This document shows positions 14,147 through 27,212 of a DNA stretch of 64,000 bases, piece by piece. Source of the stretch: the human T2T-CHM13v2.0 reference genome, Homo sapiens; NCBI RefSeq assembly GCF_009914755.1, contig NC_060934.1; one strand, 5' to 3'. The notes under the pieces are model-generated. The model ran no database searches and was not told where the DNA came from. It saw nothing but the letters and a program-made list of their open reading frames with translations. The translations under genes and the position numbers were made by a program. Numbering within the stretch: the first letter of the stretch is position 1; the number at the start of each line of letters is the position of its first letter.

Positions 14147-15389
14147 TTTTGTGGACATTTTAAACAGCAGGGAAATTAATCCTGAGCAATAAAAAATAAA
14201 TAAATAAATAAATAAATCATGGTTTTTATTTGAATCTTAAAAAAACAAAACGAAACATGTTTTCACTTTTTTTTTTCCTTATCTAATTTGGCTACTGCTT
14301 CACTTTCTCTGCCACCTCTCTTACTGCAGTTTCAACTAAATGACTAAGCAAATTAGATCTTGAGTTGCTTTTCTGGAATGCGGAGAGTTGGAGAATCAGA
14401 TAAAAGTCGAGGTATCTCTCTCTTCAGCAGCTTCCAGATCGGGGGCTGGAGCTGAGCGGGGGTGTTGTGCAATCCCGTACTGTTGTCGAGCAGGCTTCAG
14501 TTCAGGGAGACCAGGCAGGCTGAGGCCCAGGAGAGTGCCCCCTTGCATCTGCCCTGGGGGAAACTCTAGAAGGGGTAGAGAAAATCCGAGAAGAAAGGAT
14601 ATTTTTACACGGTAGGATTGTATTTTTATCCCCGGAGGCTTGCTGAACGCAGGTTTCTGGGTAAGTTACACAATACGGGAAAAGTAACTGTTTAGCGTAT
14701 AGGTGATACGTGTTGGAGGCCAGAGCGCTCTGCAAAGCCCCGCCCCTGTGTGTGTCGTGTGGTCTGAAAACAAAGAGCAGGCATCACCTTCTGGAGGTGA
14801 GGCTGGCCCGGGACTCAGATGGCTCTAACTCTGCGGGTCGCCTGCCCAGAGGCTGCACTTCAGCCGGCGGGGAAGCCAGGATGGATCTTAAGTCATTCGA
14901 TTCTCAGGCCATAGGTTGTTGCCAAACTGCAGCCTGGAAAAATAGTCTATTGATTTTCTGAGTCAAATAAAGTTATGTTAATGTAGAATTAAATAGATAG
15001 TCACATAGCTGTAACATCCCCAAAGATGGAAATACTACACATCAAATGTGCCTGTGGTCTCTTTGTTCATCTGTTCCTTCCTGTTCTTACTGCTATCAGA
15101 AAAAAACATACCTAGCATTGCTAAATAAGGCTTGAGAAACAAGCGTGTTTTGTAAATAGCACATCTTCGTACAAACTCATATAATATTTTCAAACCCTGA
15201 AGTCGCTTGCATTTTTCTTCGCTATTCACAGCAACTCTGCAAGATGCTCCTCACATTGGGTTTAAATTGTGACATCATATCCAAATTATGTCCCCTTGGG
15301 CAACTCAACTAAACTCTTTTCCCCGTTTCTTCATCTCTAAATTGGAATGATAATACAAGCTTCCTCAAATAAATCAAAGTGAGAATCAA

Positions 15390-15711
<322 letters not shown>

Positions 15712-15949
15712 CTATCGCTGGTCTGACCTTTTCACACCATCACAGAGGGGATATGAGGTTGGACGTGTTCTCCCTGCCAGCCTTGCCTTCTTGCCGTCAC
15801 AATCATCCCTCTAGATATGCCTGCAACAAGGACCCAGAGTCCTAGGTCTTGGCGCCTTTGCTGCCGCCTCCCTGGGAGGGGTCACCCGGCACACCGTGAC
15901 CTCCTCACCTCACCCCTCTGTAGCCTTCAACCCCAACCCCCCTTCTTCG

Positions 15950-16490
15950 CATGACAGTCAGAGTGAAGAGAGAAAGTATGATTCAGATGTGTCTCTGCTA
16001 TTCCACGCTCCCAAAGGCCTCCTCATGTCTCTGGGGGCAAAAGCCAAAGTCCTCCCACTGGCCTTCAGATGCCCCACAAACCCACCACTCCGTCCCTCTG
16101 ACAACATCTCCTCCTGCTCTTCTGGATCCAGCCACCTCCTTGTGTGTCTTCAAGCTCTGCAGCCTTCACAGGGGCCCCTCCTGCCTGGAGCACTCTTGCT
16201 GTGTATCTGCGTAACTTGCCTCTCCACCTCCTCACCTCCTGTCTCCCGCTCTCCGTCCTTCTTCCTGCTGTTCCTTTCCTCCGCAGCACCATTCACCTTC
16301 TAACAGGCTGCTCCTCATGACTTCTGTATTTGGTCAGTTTCCCCAAACAAGAACGCAAACTCCACCAGGCAGAGGCTTGCACTTGTTTCGTTCTCGGTGG
16401 ATCCCCCATGCCCCTGGAACAACACGTAGTGGGCATATGATCAGTATTTGTCGAATGTGTAAATAAAGAAAGGAAGTAAGGAACAAATGA
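15950..16490 (+). mobile_element. L2 3' fragment
   Basis: aaagccaaagtcctcccactggcc; L2 terminus cctggaacaacacgtagtgggcat...atttgtcgaatg. Confidence 0.65.
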
Positions 16491-18544
16491 ATGGACACAT
16501 GAAATGTGTTGCAGGCAGAAAAAAGTTAGAAAAGACAACACGACATTGCGCAGGAGTTGAGAGGAAGAAAGGAGATCTGGATTGTGATGTTTTCCCCTCC
16601 CTTACCAAAAGGCAGTTTTACCAACAAACTGAGTCAGAATAATCATTGCAGCAGAATTTGCCAGAGGTCAGGGACCTGCCGGCCAGTCTCAGTAAGATGA
16701 AACGTAGAAAATTCACTCACTATCCCCAGAGAGCACAAGGCTTAGGGTGTCCATCGGGGAGTGGCTGCTCACGGGGTCAATGGGGCCAAGAAGGAGCAGC
16801 TTAAGTAAAAATAAAGGGTATTTACTGGGGGATGCAAAGGAGATGGAACTGGGACATGGAAATCTGTCGGGGTTTTGAAGATTATTCTCTCTCTCTCTAC
16901 AGCTGGTGTCCCCTTCTCCCTGCTGTCCCAATGCTCCCACCAAATCAGTCAACGTCATACGTAGACTTGCCCATCGTACAGCTCACCCTGTGGCACAGCA
17001 GGGCCTGCACGTGCCCTAGTGCAGGACGCCAAGTCACCCAGTGCTGATTCCTGATTTCTAGGACAGAAGATCCACTGGCTCACAATGGCTTAGGTGTCCA
17101 CCTGGATCATGGCCCTAGCCAGGCAGTTGAGGCCCAGGACAGCCAGGGCACTCCTGAGAGGCTGTCTCTGGAGAACTATCTGGGGGTCTGGGGGACTCAG
17201 GGCTGGACGGACTCCCAGAAACATTCTCATCCAGAGCTGGGACAGGAATACCTCCAGCATCCGTAGCTCCCATGGACAATGTGATGCCCTTTTAAAGCAG
17301 CAAGTACATGGCACTGGGTGCCATGGGCATGGGAATGATAAGGACCGTGGGGTGGAGCAGAGAAATTGGTTTTACATTGTAGCTGTGGACAACACTGTTA
17401 TTTTGTATTATTTGTTGTACTTAACATGATTCTGTACAAAGAATGCTCGAAAGGAGAAAAGACAGAGGAAGTTCAGTAAATTAGAGGGAAGTTCCCTGCT
17501 GTGCCATGGAGCAATATTTATAATCTGGGCCCTTTAGGGAAGGGATTACTGGCACAGAGATTACAACGGCGCTGTAAGAAGAGATTCCAGACCAGTTTTG
17601 TAATTTATTTCACTTTCATGAAACCCCCCACAAATCAGAAAAGCTCTGTAAGTAGAGACTTCTCTGAAGGGAACATCCAAGGGAAGAAGCTCCTCCCCTC
17701 TTGAAGAGGTGGTGGAGGGACCTCGGGAGGGTGGAATTCAAAGCAGTTAAGCAATCGTCATTGAACGCGTGGCCCCTGAGCACGCTGGCTGCAGGGCTGG
17801 TTCCCTCACCTCGCTGCTCCCTGGCATCCGACCTGTGAGATGGTAACAGTGGCATCTACCAAATAGGACTGTAGTGAGAACCGCTACGAGTCTCTAATGC
17901 ACAGCAAGGTTTATGTGAATATTAGCCATTTTTACTATTGCTCTGATTCCTGGGGAGTAGCTGAAAGTCAGTGCACTCAAGCCCCTGAAGTGCCGTCTTC
18001 TTGTCACCATCATGATTTTCTCTTTTAGCCATACTTGTTCATTATTGGTGCTATACATGAATCAATTTTTTTCTTTAAATAGCATGATTTGTGTGTATGT
18101 TGTGTATTTATTGTATCCACTAAAGTGAACACATAAATATTAAAATAAAAATATGCATTTAGATGCCATTGAATTAATCTCTGGGCACACCACTATTTGG
18201 GGCACACTGTCCTACAAAATGCGTATGGTTCTGTATCTATAGAACAAATTATCACTGTCCCCAAGGCATAACCACTGCCTGCAGAGGTCCTCACTGATGG
18301 TGGAGTTTGCTCTGATGCTCTGGCCTGGTCACTGCAGCTTTCTATGTCTGATTCACGTCTTTCTTTTTTCACTGTCTCCCACTAGCACTACACCAGATTC
18401 CTGTAATTCAGTTAAACTGGTGAGCAGACCATGCAACCAGCTTCTGCGACTCAGGCTGTTTCCCGGAATGCAGCATCCGTCCTGCAGTGTCCTTCTTCAC
18501 TGTCTTTTTTTATCTTCACAAAACTTCTTGCAAACAAAATCCTA

Positions 18545-18865
<321 letters not shown>

Positions 18866-18942
18866 TGATTTACAAACAATTTTCAGAAATGAAAATTTCA
18901 AATTGACTTTTAACTGGTAATTTCTTTTAAAATCTGAATCTA

Positions 18943-19316
<374 letters not shown>

Positions 19317-19869
19317 CTACTTAATATACCTAGAAGAAATACAAAGAAATATGTAGGCATTATGCCAATAGATTCAACAATTTTAGATAAAATTGAGAAA
19401 TTACTTGAAAGACACGTTATCAAAAACTGACACAAGAAGTAATAGAAACTATGACTAGCTCTAGATTTATTTTTTAAATTGGCTTCTTAATTTAAAATTT
19501 TTGATGAAGAAGAGTCCAGACCTAGACTGATTTATCAGTGGGTTCTGTAAAAACTTTGAGAAGAAACAATACCAGTTTTATGTAAGCTCTTTCAAAAAGT
19601 TGTGGAAAATCTTGTAAAGGGGATTACTTTTGAACCTATTTTATTAATTAATTATCTTTATAAAAAGATTAGATAAAGAAGATAGAAATGCCATTGATTA
19701 ATATTCCTTACAATGTACCTGAAAATTTATTCATAAAATATTTGCAAATCAAATCCAATAATATGTAAAAAAAGACAATCCCTCATGACCAAGTGGGATT
19801 AATCCCAACAATGCAAGGTTGGTTCATTTGTCAAAAATTAGTGTATTTCACCATATCAATAGAAAACAG

Positions 19870-20177
19870 GGCTGGGCGTGGTGGCTCACGCCTGTAATCC
19901 CAGCACTTTGAGAGGCCGAGGCGGGTGGATCATGAGGTCAGGAGATCAAGACCATCCTGGCTAACATGGTGAAACCCTGTCTCTACTAAAAATACAAAAA
20001 ATTAGCCAGGCGTGGTGGCGGGTGCCTGTAGTCCCAGCTACTGGGGAGGCTGAGGTAGGAGAATAGCCTGAATCCAGGAGGCGGAACTCGCAGTGAGCAA
20101 GATTGCGCCACTGCACTCCAACCTGGGCGACAGAGTGGGACTTTGTCTCAAAAAAAAAAAAAAGAAGAAGAAAAAAG
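19870..20177 (+). mobile_element. AluY
   Basis: Dimeric Alu with gagatcaagaccatcctggctaac; A-rich tail. Confidence 0.92.
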
Positions 20178-21044
20178 ATAAGCATCATATGATTGTCTCA
20201 ATTGATAAAGAAAAAGCAATCGACACAATTTAACATCAATTTGTAATCATCACAATCAACAAACTAAGAAGAAAAGGAAACGTTTCAATATGATGAAGGA
20301 TATCTATGAAAAACCTGCAGCTAACGTCATATCTACTGTCTAATATTGAATTATTTTCTCATATGATCAAGAGTGAGTCAAGAAAAATTGCTCTCAGTCC
20401 TTTTATTCAACATCTAATGGTGGTCTTAGGCTGTGCAAAGAGACAAGAAAAACAAAATAAAAGGGAAACAGGTTGGGAAGGAAGAAGTACAACTGTATTT
20501 AGCCACAGCCAACATACTGTTTGCAGAGATAATTCTAGGAATTCTTTTTAAAAAGATGTTCAATCTAATAAATAAATACTTTTACAAGCTCACAGGATAG
20601 ATTAATATTCAATATTAATTACATTTCTATACACTAGCAACAAACAATAGAAATACATTTGTTTTAATGCCATTAGCAATAACATCCAAAAAAGTAAAAT
20701 ATTTAAGGATAAATTTAACAACGTGTGTAAGATCTTGTACTGAAAACCATAAAATGTTGTTTGAAAAATTATAGGGGGCCTAAATAAATGAAGAGTTATA
20801 CTAGGTTCATAGATTAGAGAATTCAATATTTCAAAGATGCTATCATCCCCAAAATTGATCTATAGATTTAAAACAATTTCAATTAAAGCCCCACCAAGAC
20901 TTTTTGTAGGCTTAGACAAGCTTAACCTAAAATTTCCATGGAAACAAAAAAAAAATCCTGGAGTAGCCAAGATAATTCTGAAAAAGAAAAACAGGGCTGC
21001 AGGATTTACCCTGCCCAAATGTGATGCTTACTATAAAGAAAGCT

Positions 21045-21391
<347 letters not shown>

Positions 21392-22027
21392 CTAATGTCA
21401 CATAATCAATGACACTAAGATAGACATTTTGATAGTGAAACTGATAGAAAATTTATAAGTAGAGCCACATATGTATGACTGATTGATAATTTGAGAAACG
21501 TGCTAAATTAATTCAGTGGAGAAAGACACTCTTTTCAGCAAGTTGTGCTGGAATAATTGGATAACAAGTGAAAAAAAGGGAACCTCAACTCTTACCTCAC
21601 ATTATACACAAATGAATATCATAACATAAAACCTAAAATTATTAAACTTTAAAAGCACACCTAGGAGAAATGAGTTGCTGTAACTCAATCTAACTCAGTC
21701 ATAGGCGAAGATTTTATGGGCAAGATGCAAGAGAGAAAAACATAAAATTTTAAAAAAACGGATGAGTTGATCTTTATAAAAATTTACAACCTTTGCATTA
21801 TTAAGACATGAAAACACAGGCACAGATACAGAGAATATTCATAATACATAGGTCCTACCATCAGAAACGGCAAGAGATGTGATCAGACAGATGCTTCACC
21901 CCAAGAAGACACAAGTGACCAGGAAGCTCAAGAAGATGCTCATTGCCGTCAGTCACTGGACAGCTGCAAGTCAAAACCGCCATGGGAAAGCATCCTCACC
22001 CATCACGGTGGCCCAAGACCAACATTA

Positions 22028-22399
<372 letters not shown>

Positions 22400-23203
22400 T
22401 TATAAAGCTAAACACACAATTACTATATGAAGTTAGATACACGCTTGCCAAAGTGCTAGAGCTCCAAACCGGAAACAGCCTAAATATCCATCAACCCGTG
22501 AATGCATGAACTAATTGTGACACCTGTAGAGTGGACTGCTTCTCATTAATTAAAATAAACAACAAACAAACAAACCACTGATGACATGCAACAACATGAT
22601 CAGAGGCCAGAGCATTTCAACCGAGTGAAAGAAGACAGACACAGGAGGCCACAGCCTGTGATTTGTGTATATGAAATTCTAGCTGAGGCCAAACTCATCG
22701 AGTGTGATGCAAAGCAGTGAGTGGGTGTCTGGGGCAGACAAAAGCAGAAGATGAACTAGAGAGAGTCACCAAGCACCTGAAGGGCAATGTAAACGTTCCA
22801 GATCTTGATAAACCGTGCACCTAAAATGGATGCATTTTGCTACACCTCGATCACATCTCAACAAAGTTGTTGTATAAATTCAGGGGCAAGTCTGAGAGCT
22901 CTTGGGAGCAGAGAATACCCATTCCTACGGCAGGTGCACTTGGGAGACGGCAGGACAAGCTGAAGGTACCACTGAATTCTTAAAGCAGAGGAGCAAACTC
23001 AGGCTCAGTGGGGACAGGGTTTGCCCAGTGTTTCTGGGCTAGGACACAGCAGAGCAGAGATTTAGTTTTGTTCGTTCTGATTCCAAAGCTCCCTGGAGCT
23101 GAGCAGGGTGATTTTTTGCTGGTGTTTGAATCAGCACAGACACAGTAACAGAGTAAGTTCACCAAGCAACAGATGTCACCCCTAGTTTCCATAGGAGCAA
23201 TTT

Positions 23204-23361
23204 TGTGCATGTGTGTGCTGTGTGTGTGCATGCATGTGTATGTGTGCACATGTATATATGTGTACATATATGTATGAATGTATATGTGTGCATATGTGTG
23301 TATATGCATCAGTGTGCACTTTTACATACATTCTATATAATATATTATATAAATATATAGA
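23204..23361. repeat. (TG)n/(TA)n low-complexity tract
   Basis: Alternating purine-pyrimidine tgtgtgcatgtatatatg pattern. Confidence 0.85.
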
Positions 23362-23714
23362 TCATTATTTGGTTAAGTCAGACCACCAACATTCAAGTCA
23401 AGTAAAGAATTCTGTGGGGTAAATAAATAAATTCTACCGACTCCATTTCCCAAGTAGATGTTGTAGATCTCCTTAAATCAAGGCAAACCACTGCCTGCAT
23501 AGCAGATACTGACTGATTCAGCAACACAAACAGGACTTGAGTCATAGACATAGAGTCTCTAAGGAGTATAACCTGCCACTCTACATTTTTGAAAACAGAT
23601 CTTTTCAGAATCAACTTCCATAGTCATCCTGAAGTTCAGCTCATCCATTGGACCATGAACAACTGTCAATACAAGGAGCCAAGTAGTCTAGATGTTCTTC
23701 AAAACAGCAGATAC

Positions 23715-24075
<361 letters not shown>

Positions 24076-24556
24076 TCAAATACCTTGGACCTGTCTGAAT
24101 TATTTCCATTTCTCAAATGTGATTTTCCACCCCCACATCCCCAACTTGTCCTTAGGTCCTTGCCTCTGCCTGGGAAATGCTGAGTTCACTTTTCCCCTTA
24201 TCTAACCTTACTCCTCCTTCTGGGCCAGTTAAAATCCTGCCTCTTCTATGAGGCATCCCCTTGAGGCCTCCCTGCCTCACCTGAGTGAATTCGTCCTCTG
24301 CCTCTTCTCTGAGCTCCTGAGCAGTTAGACGGTGCTTTCTCAGCTTTCTCCTCACCTCCTTTTGTGTGTGGACACAGAGACCTGCTGCCAGAGCCCACCC
24401 TTCCAGGAAAGAGTGGGGTCGTCACACATTGCTCAGCCCACCCGGCCTTACACCCCCAGGGCAGCCCCTGGTGACCCAGGACCACCCAGGGGAGGACACC
24501 TGACAGTTGGACTTCCTGCTCTCACTCCTTCCCCTCACAGGTATTGATGGCTAATA

Positions 24557-25695
24557 CGTGCCCTGCACCCCAAATGTGCACCCCATTACACACCTTACAA
24601 CCCAAATGTGCACCCCTAATACATACCTTACACCCCAAATGTGCACCCCATTATACACCTGGTACCTCAAATGTGCACCCCATTACACACCTTACACCCC
24701 ATATGTGCACCCCTAATACATACCTTATACCCAAATATGCACCCCATTACACAGCTGGTACCTCAAATGTGCACCCCATTACACACCTTACACCCCAAAT
24801 GTGCACCCATTACACACCTTACACCCCAAATGCACACCCCTAATACATACCTTACACACAAATATGCACCCCATTACACATCTGGTACCTCAAATGTACA
24901 CACCTGGTACCTCATATGTGCACCCCAGTACACAATTTATACTCCAAATGTGCACCCCTAATACATACCTTACACCCCAAATGTGCACCCCATTACACAC
25001 CTTACACCTAAATGGGAACCCCTAATACACACCTTGCACCCCAAATGGGCACCCCAATACATTCATTACACACAAATGGGCACCCCATTACACAACTTGC
25101 ACCTTAAATGTGTACTCGTAATACACACTCTGTACTCCAAATGTGCACCTAATACCTCACACCCCAATGTGCACCCCTAATCCACACCTTACACCCAAAT
25201 GTGCACCATTGCACACCTTACACCCCAATGTGCACCGTTACACACCTTACACCCCAAATGTGCACCATTATCCACCTTACACCCCAAATGTGCACCCCAT
25301 TACACACCTTACACTCCAATGTGCACCGTTACACACCTTACATCCCAAATGTGCACCCCATTACACACCTTGCACCCCAATATGCACCGTTACAAACCCT
25401 ACACCCCAAATGTGCACCGTTATCCACCTTACACCCCCAAATGTGCAGCCATTACACACTTTACATCCCAAAGTTCACCATTACACACCTTACACCCCAA
25501 ATGTGCATTATCCACCTTACACCCCAAATGGGCACCCCATTACACACCTTACACCCCAATGTACACCGTTACACACCTTACGCCCCAAATGTGCACCATT
25601 ATCCACCTTACACCCAAATGTGCACCATTACACACCTTGCACCCCAATGTGCACCCCATTACACACCTTGTATCTTGATGCCTAATACACACCTT
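24557..25695 (+). repeat. C-rich minisatellite, ~30-33-bp unit, about 35 copies
   Basis: Consensus accccaaatgtgcaccccattacacaccttac with variant units. Confidence 0.95.
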
Positions 25696-26596
25696 GTCTC
25701 AGTGTTGGCTACCAGAGAGCCCAACCCAGGACAATCACAAAAAATTGAATTTCAAGCCCTGGGCAGACCCACGACGCTGGAACAGCTTCTCACACACAGC
25801 ACATAGCAGGTGCTCAAAGGCTGTATTTGAGGCATGAGTATCTTTGAACAAGGTCTGAGATAGATCTACCATATATACTAAATTCTATTCTTCAGTGAAT
25901 GTGTAAGTAGGTAAATAGGAGTAATAATTTACGATAAGCTGTTCCATGACCCACCTAACAGTGTCAGCCCTATGTTACTGGTGATGAATGTGGAAACATT
26001 GTAAATGACCTCAAAATATCAACTGTATGTGCATAGTTAGGAATAAATTAAAGTGATATATAATGCCCTCTGCCATAGTCCACTGTTGTTATTGTTTGAG
26101 GTTCACTTAAGATGTTAGTACTTTAAGAACTCAATTCAAGAAGCCACTGGGGATTTATCAAGAGGCAGAGTTTAGAAACAACTTAATGGTGTCCCTGAAT
26201 GCGTGACACCTCCCAGGCGATGCACACAGCTCTTGATTTGTTTGCCAGGAATTCTGAGTGAGCTCAGAGGTCTTCATCCCTGTCACCAGCAATTGCAGCT
26301 TTGCTATCGCAGGATCCAGCCTGTGTTAACATGTTAAATCCCCGAGAAGGCCAAGGACGTGGCTGCCTTGCGACCTGGCTGCTCCTGACACAATATCTTC
26401 TGTCTGAATAGATTTTCCTGCGAATGTCCCTGGAGACCATGAGCCCTGAAAGCAGCCACTCTCCTTGTACACAGCAGCCTGATGTTCACGCCATCAAAAT
26501 CACATCGGGGCAGAAGATGTGATAAATTAATGCCACCTAATTTAATGCCATTTTAAAAATACCATCTTTATATTTCTTGCCTTTAATTTAAAAAAA

Positions 26597-27181
26597 ATCT
26601 ATTTTTGGTCTTTGATGATGGTGACGTACAGAAGGGTTTTTGGTGTGGTTGTCCTTTCTGTTTGTTCATTCTCCTTCTAACAGACAGGACCCTCAGCTGC
26701 AGGTCTGCACACGTATGTTTATTACGACACTATTCACAATAGCAAAGACTTGGAACCAACCCAAATGTCCAACAACGATAGACTGGGTTAAGAAAATGTG
26801 GCACATATACACCATGGAATACTATGCAACCATAAAAAATGAAGAGTTCATGTCCTTTGTAGGGACATGGATGAAACTGGAAACCATCATTCTCAACAAA
26901 CTATCACAAGGACAAAAAACCAAACACCGCATGTTCTCACTCATAGGTGAGAACACATGGACACAGGAACAGTGAGAACACATGGACACAGGAAGGGGAA
27001 CATCACACTCCGGGGACTGTTGTGGGGTGGGGGCAGCGGGGAGGGATAGCATTAGGAGATATACCTAATGCTAAATGACGAGTTGATGGGTGCAGCACAC
27101 CAACTTGACACATGTATACGTATGTAACAAACCTGCACATTGTGCACATGTACCCTAAAACTTAAAGTACAATAATAATAA

Positions 27182-27210
<29 letters not shown>
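26597..27210 (+). mobile_element. L1PA (PA3/PA4-like), 5'-truncated with inverted 5'UTR piece
   Basis: 26597-26707 is antisense L1 5'UTR end; 26706-27210 is sense ORF2 C-terminus (CTRMF...KHRMFSLIG), 3'UTR and (AAT)n tail. Confidence 0.93.

Positions 27211-27212
<2 letters not shown>

Noticed and set aside
24544-25806. Long His/Pro/Thr ORFs up to 201 aa
   Set aside because: Open frames produced by the minisatellite, overlapping in all frames.
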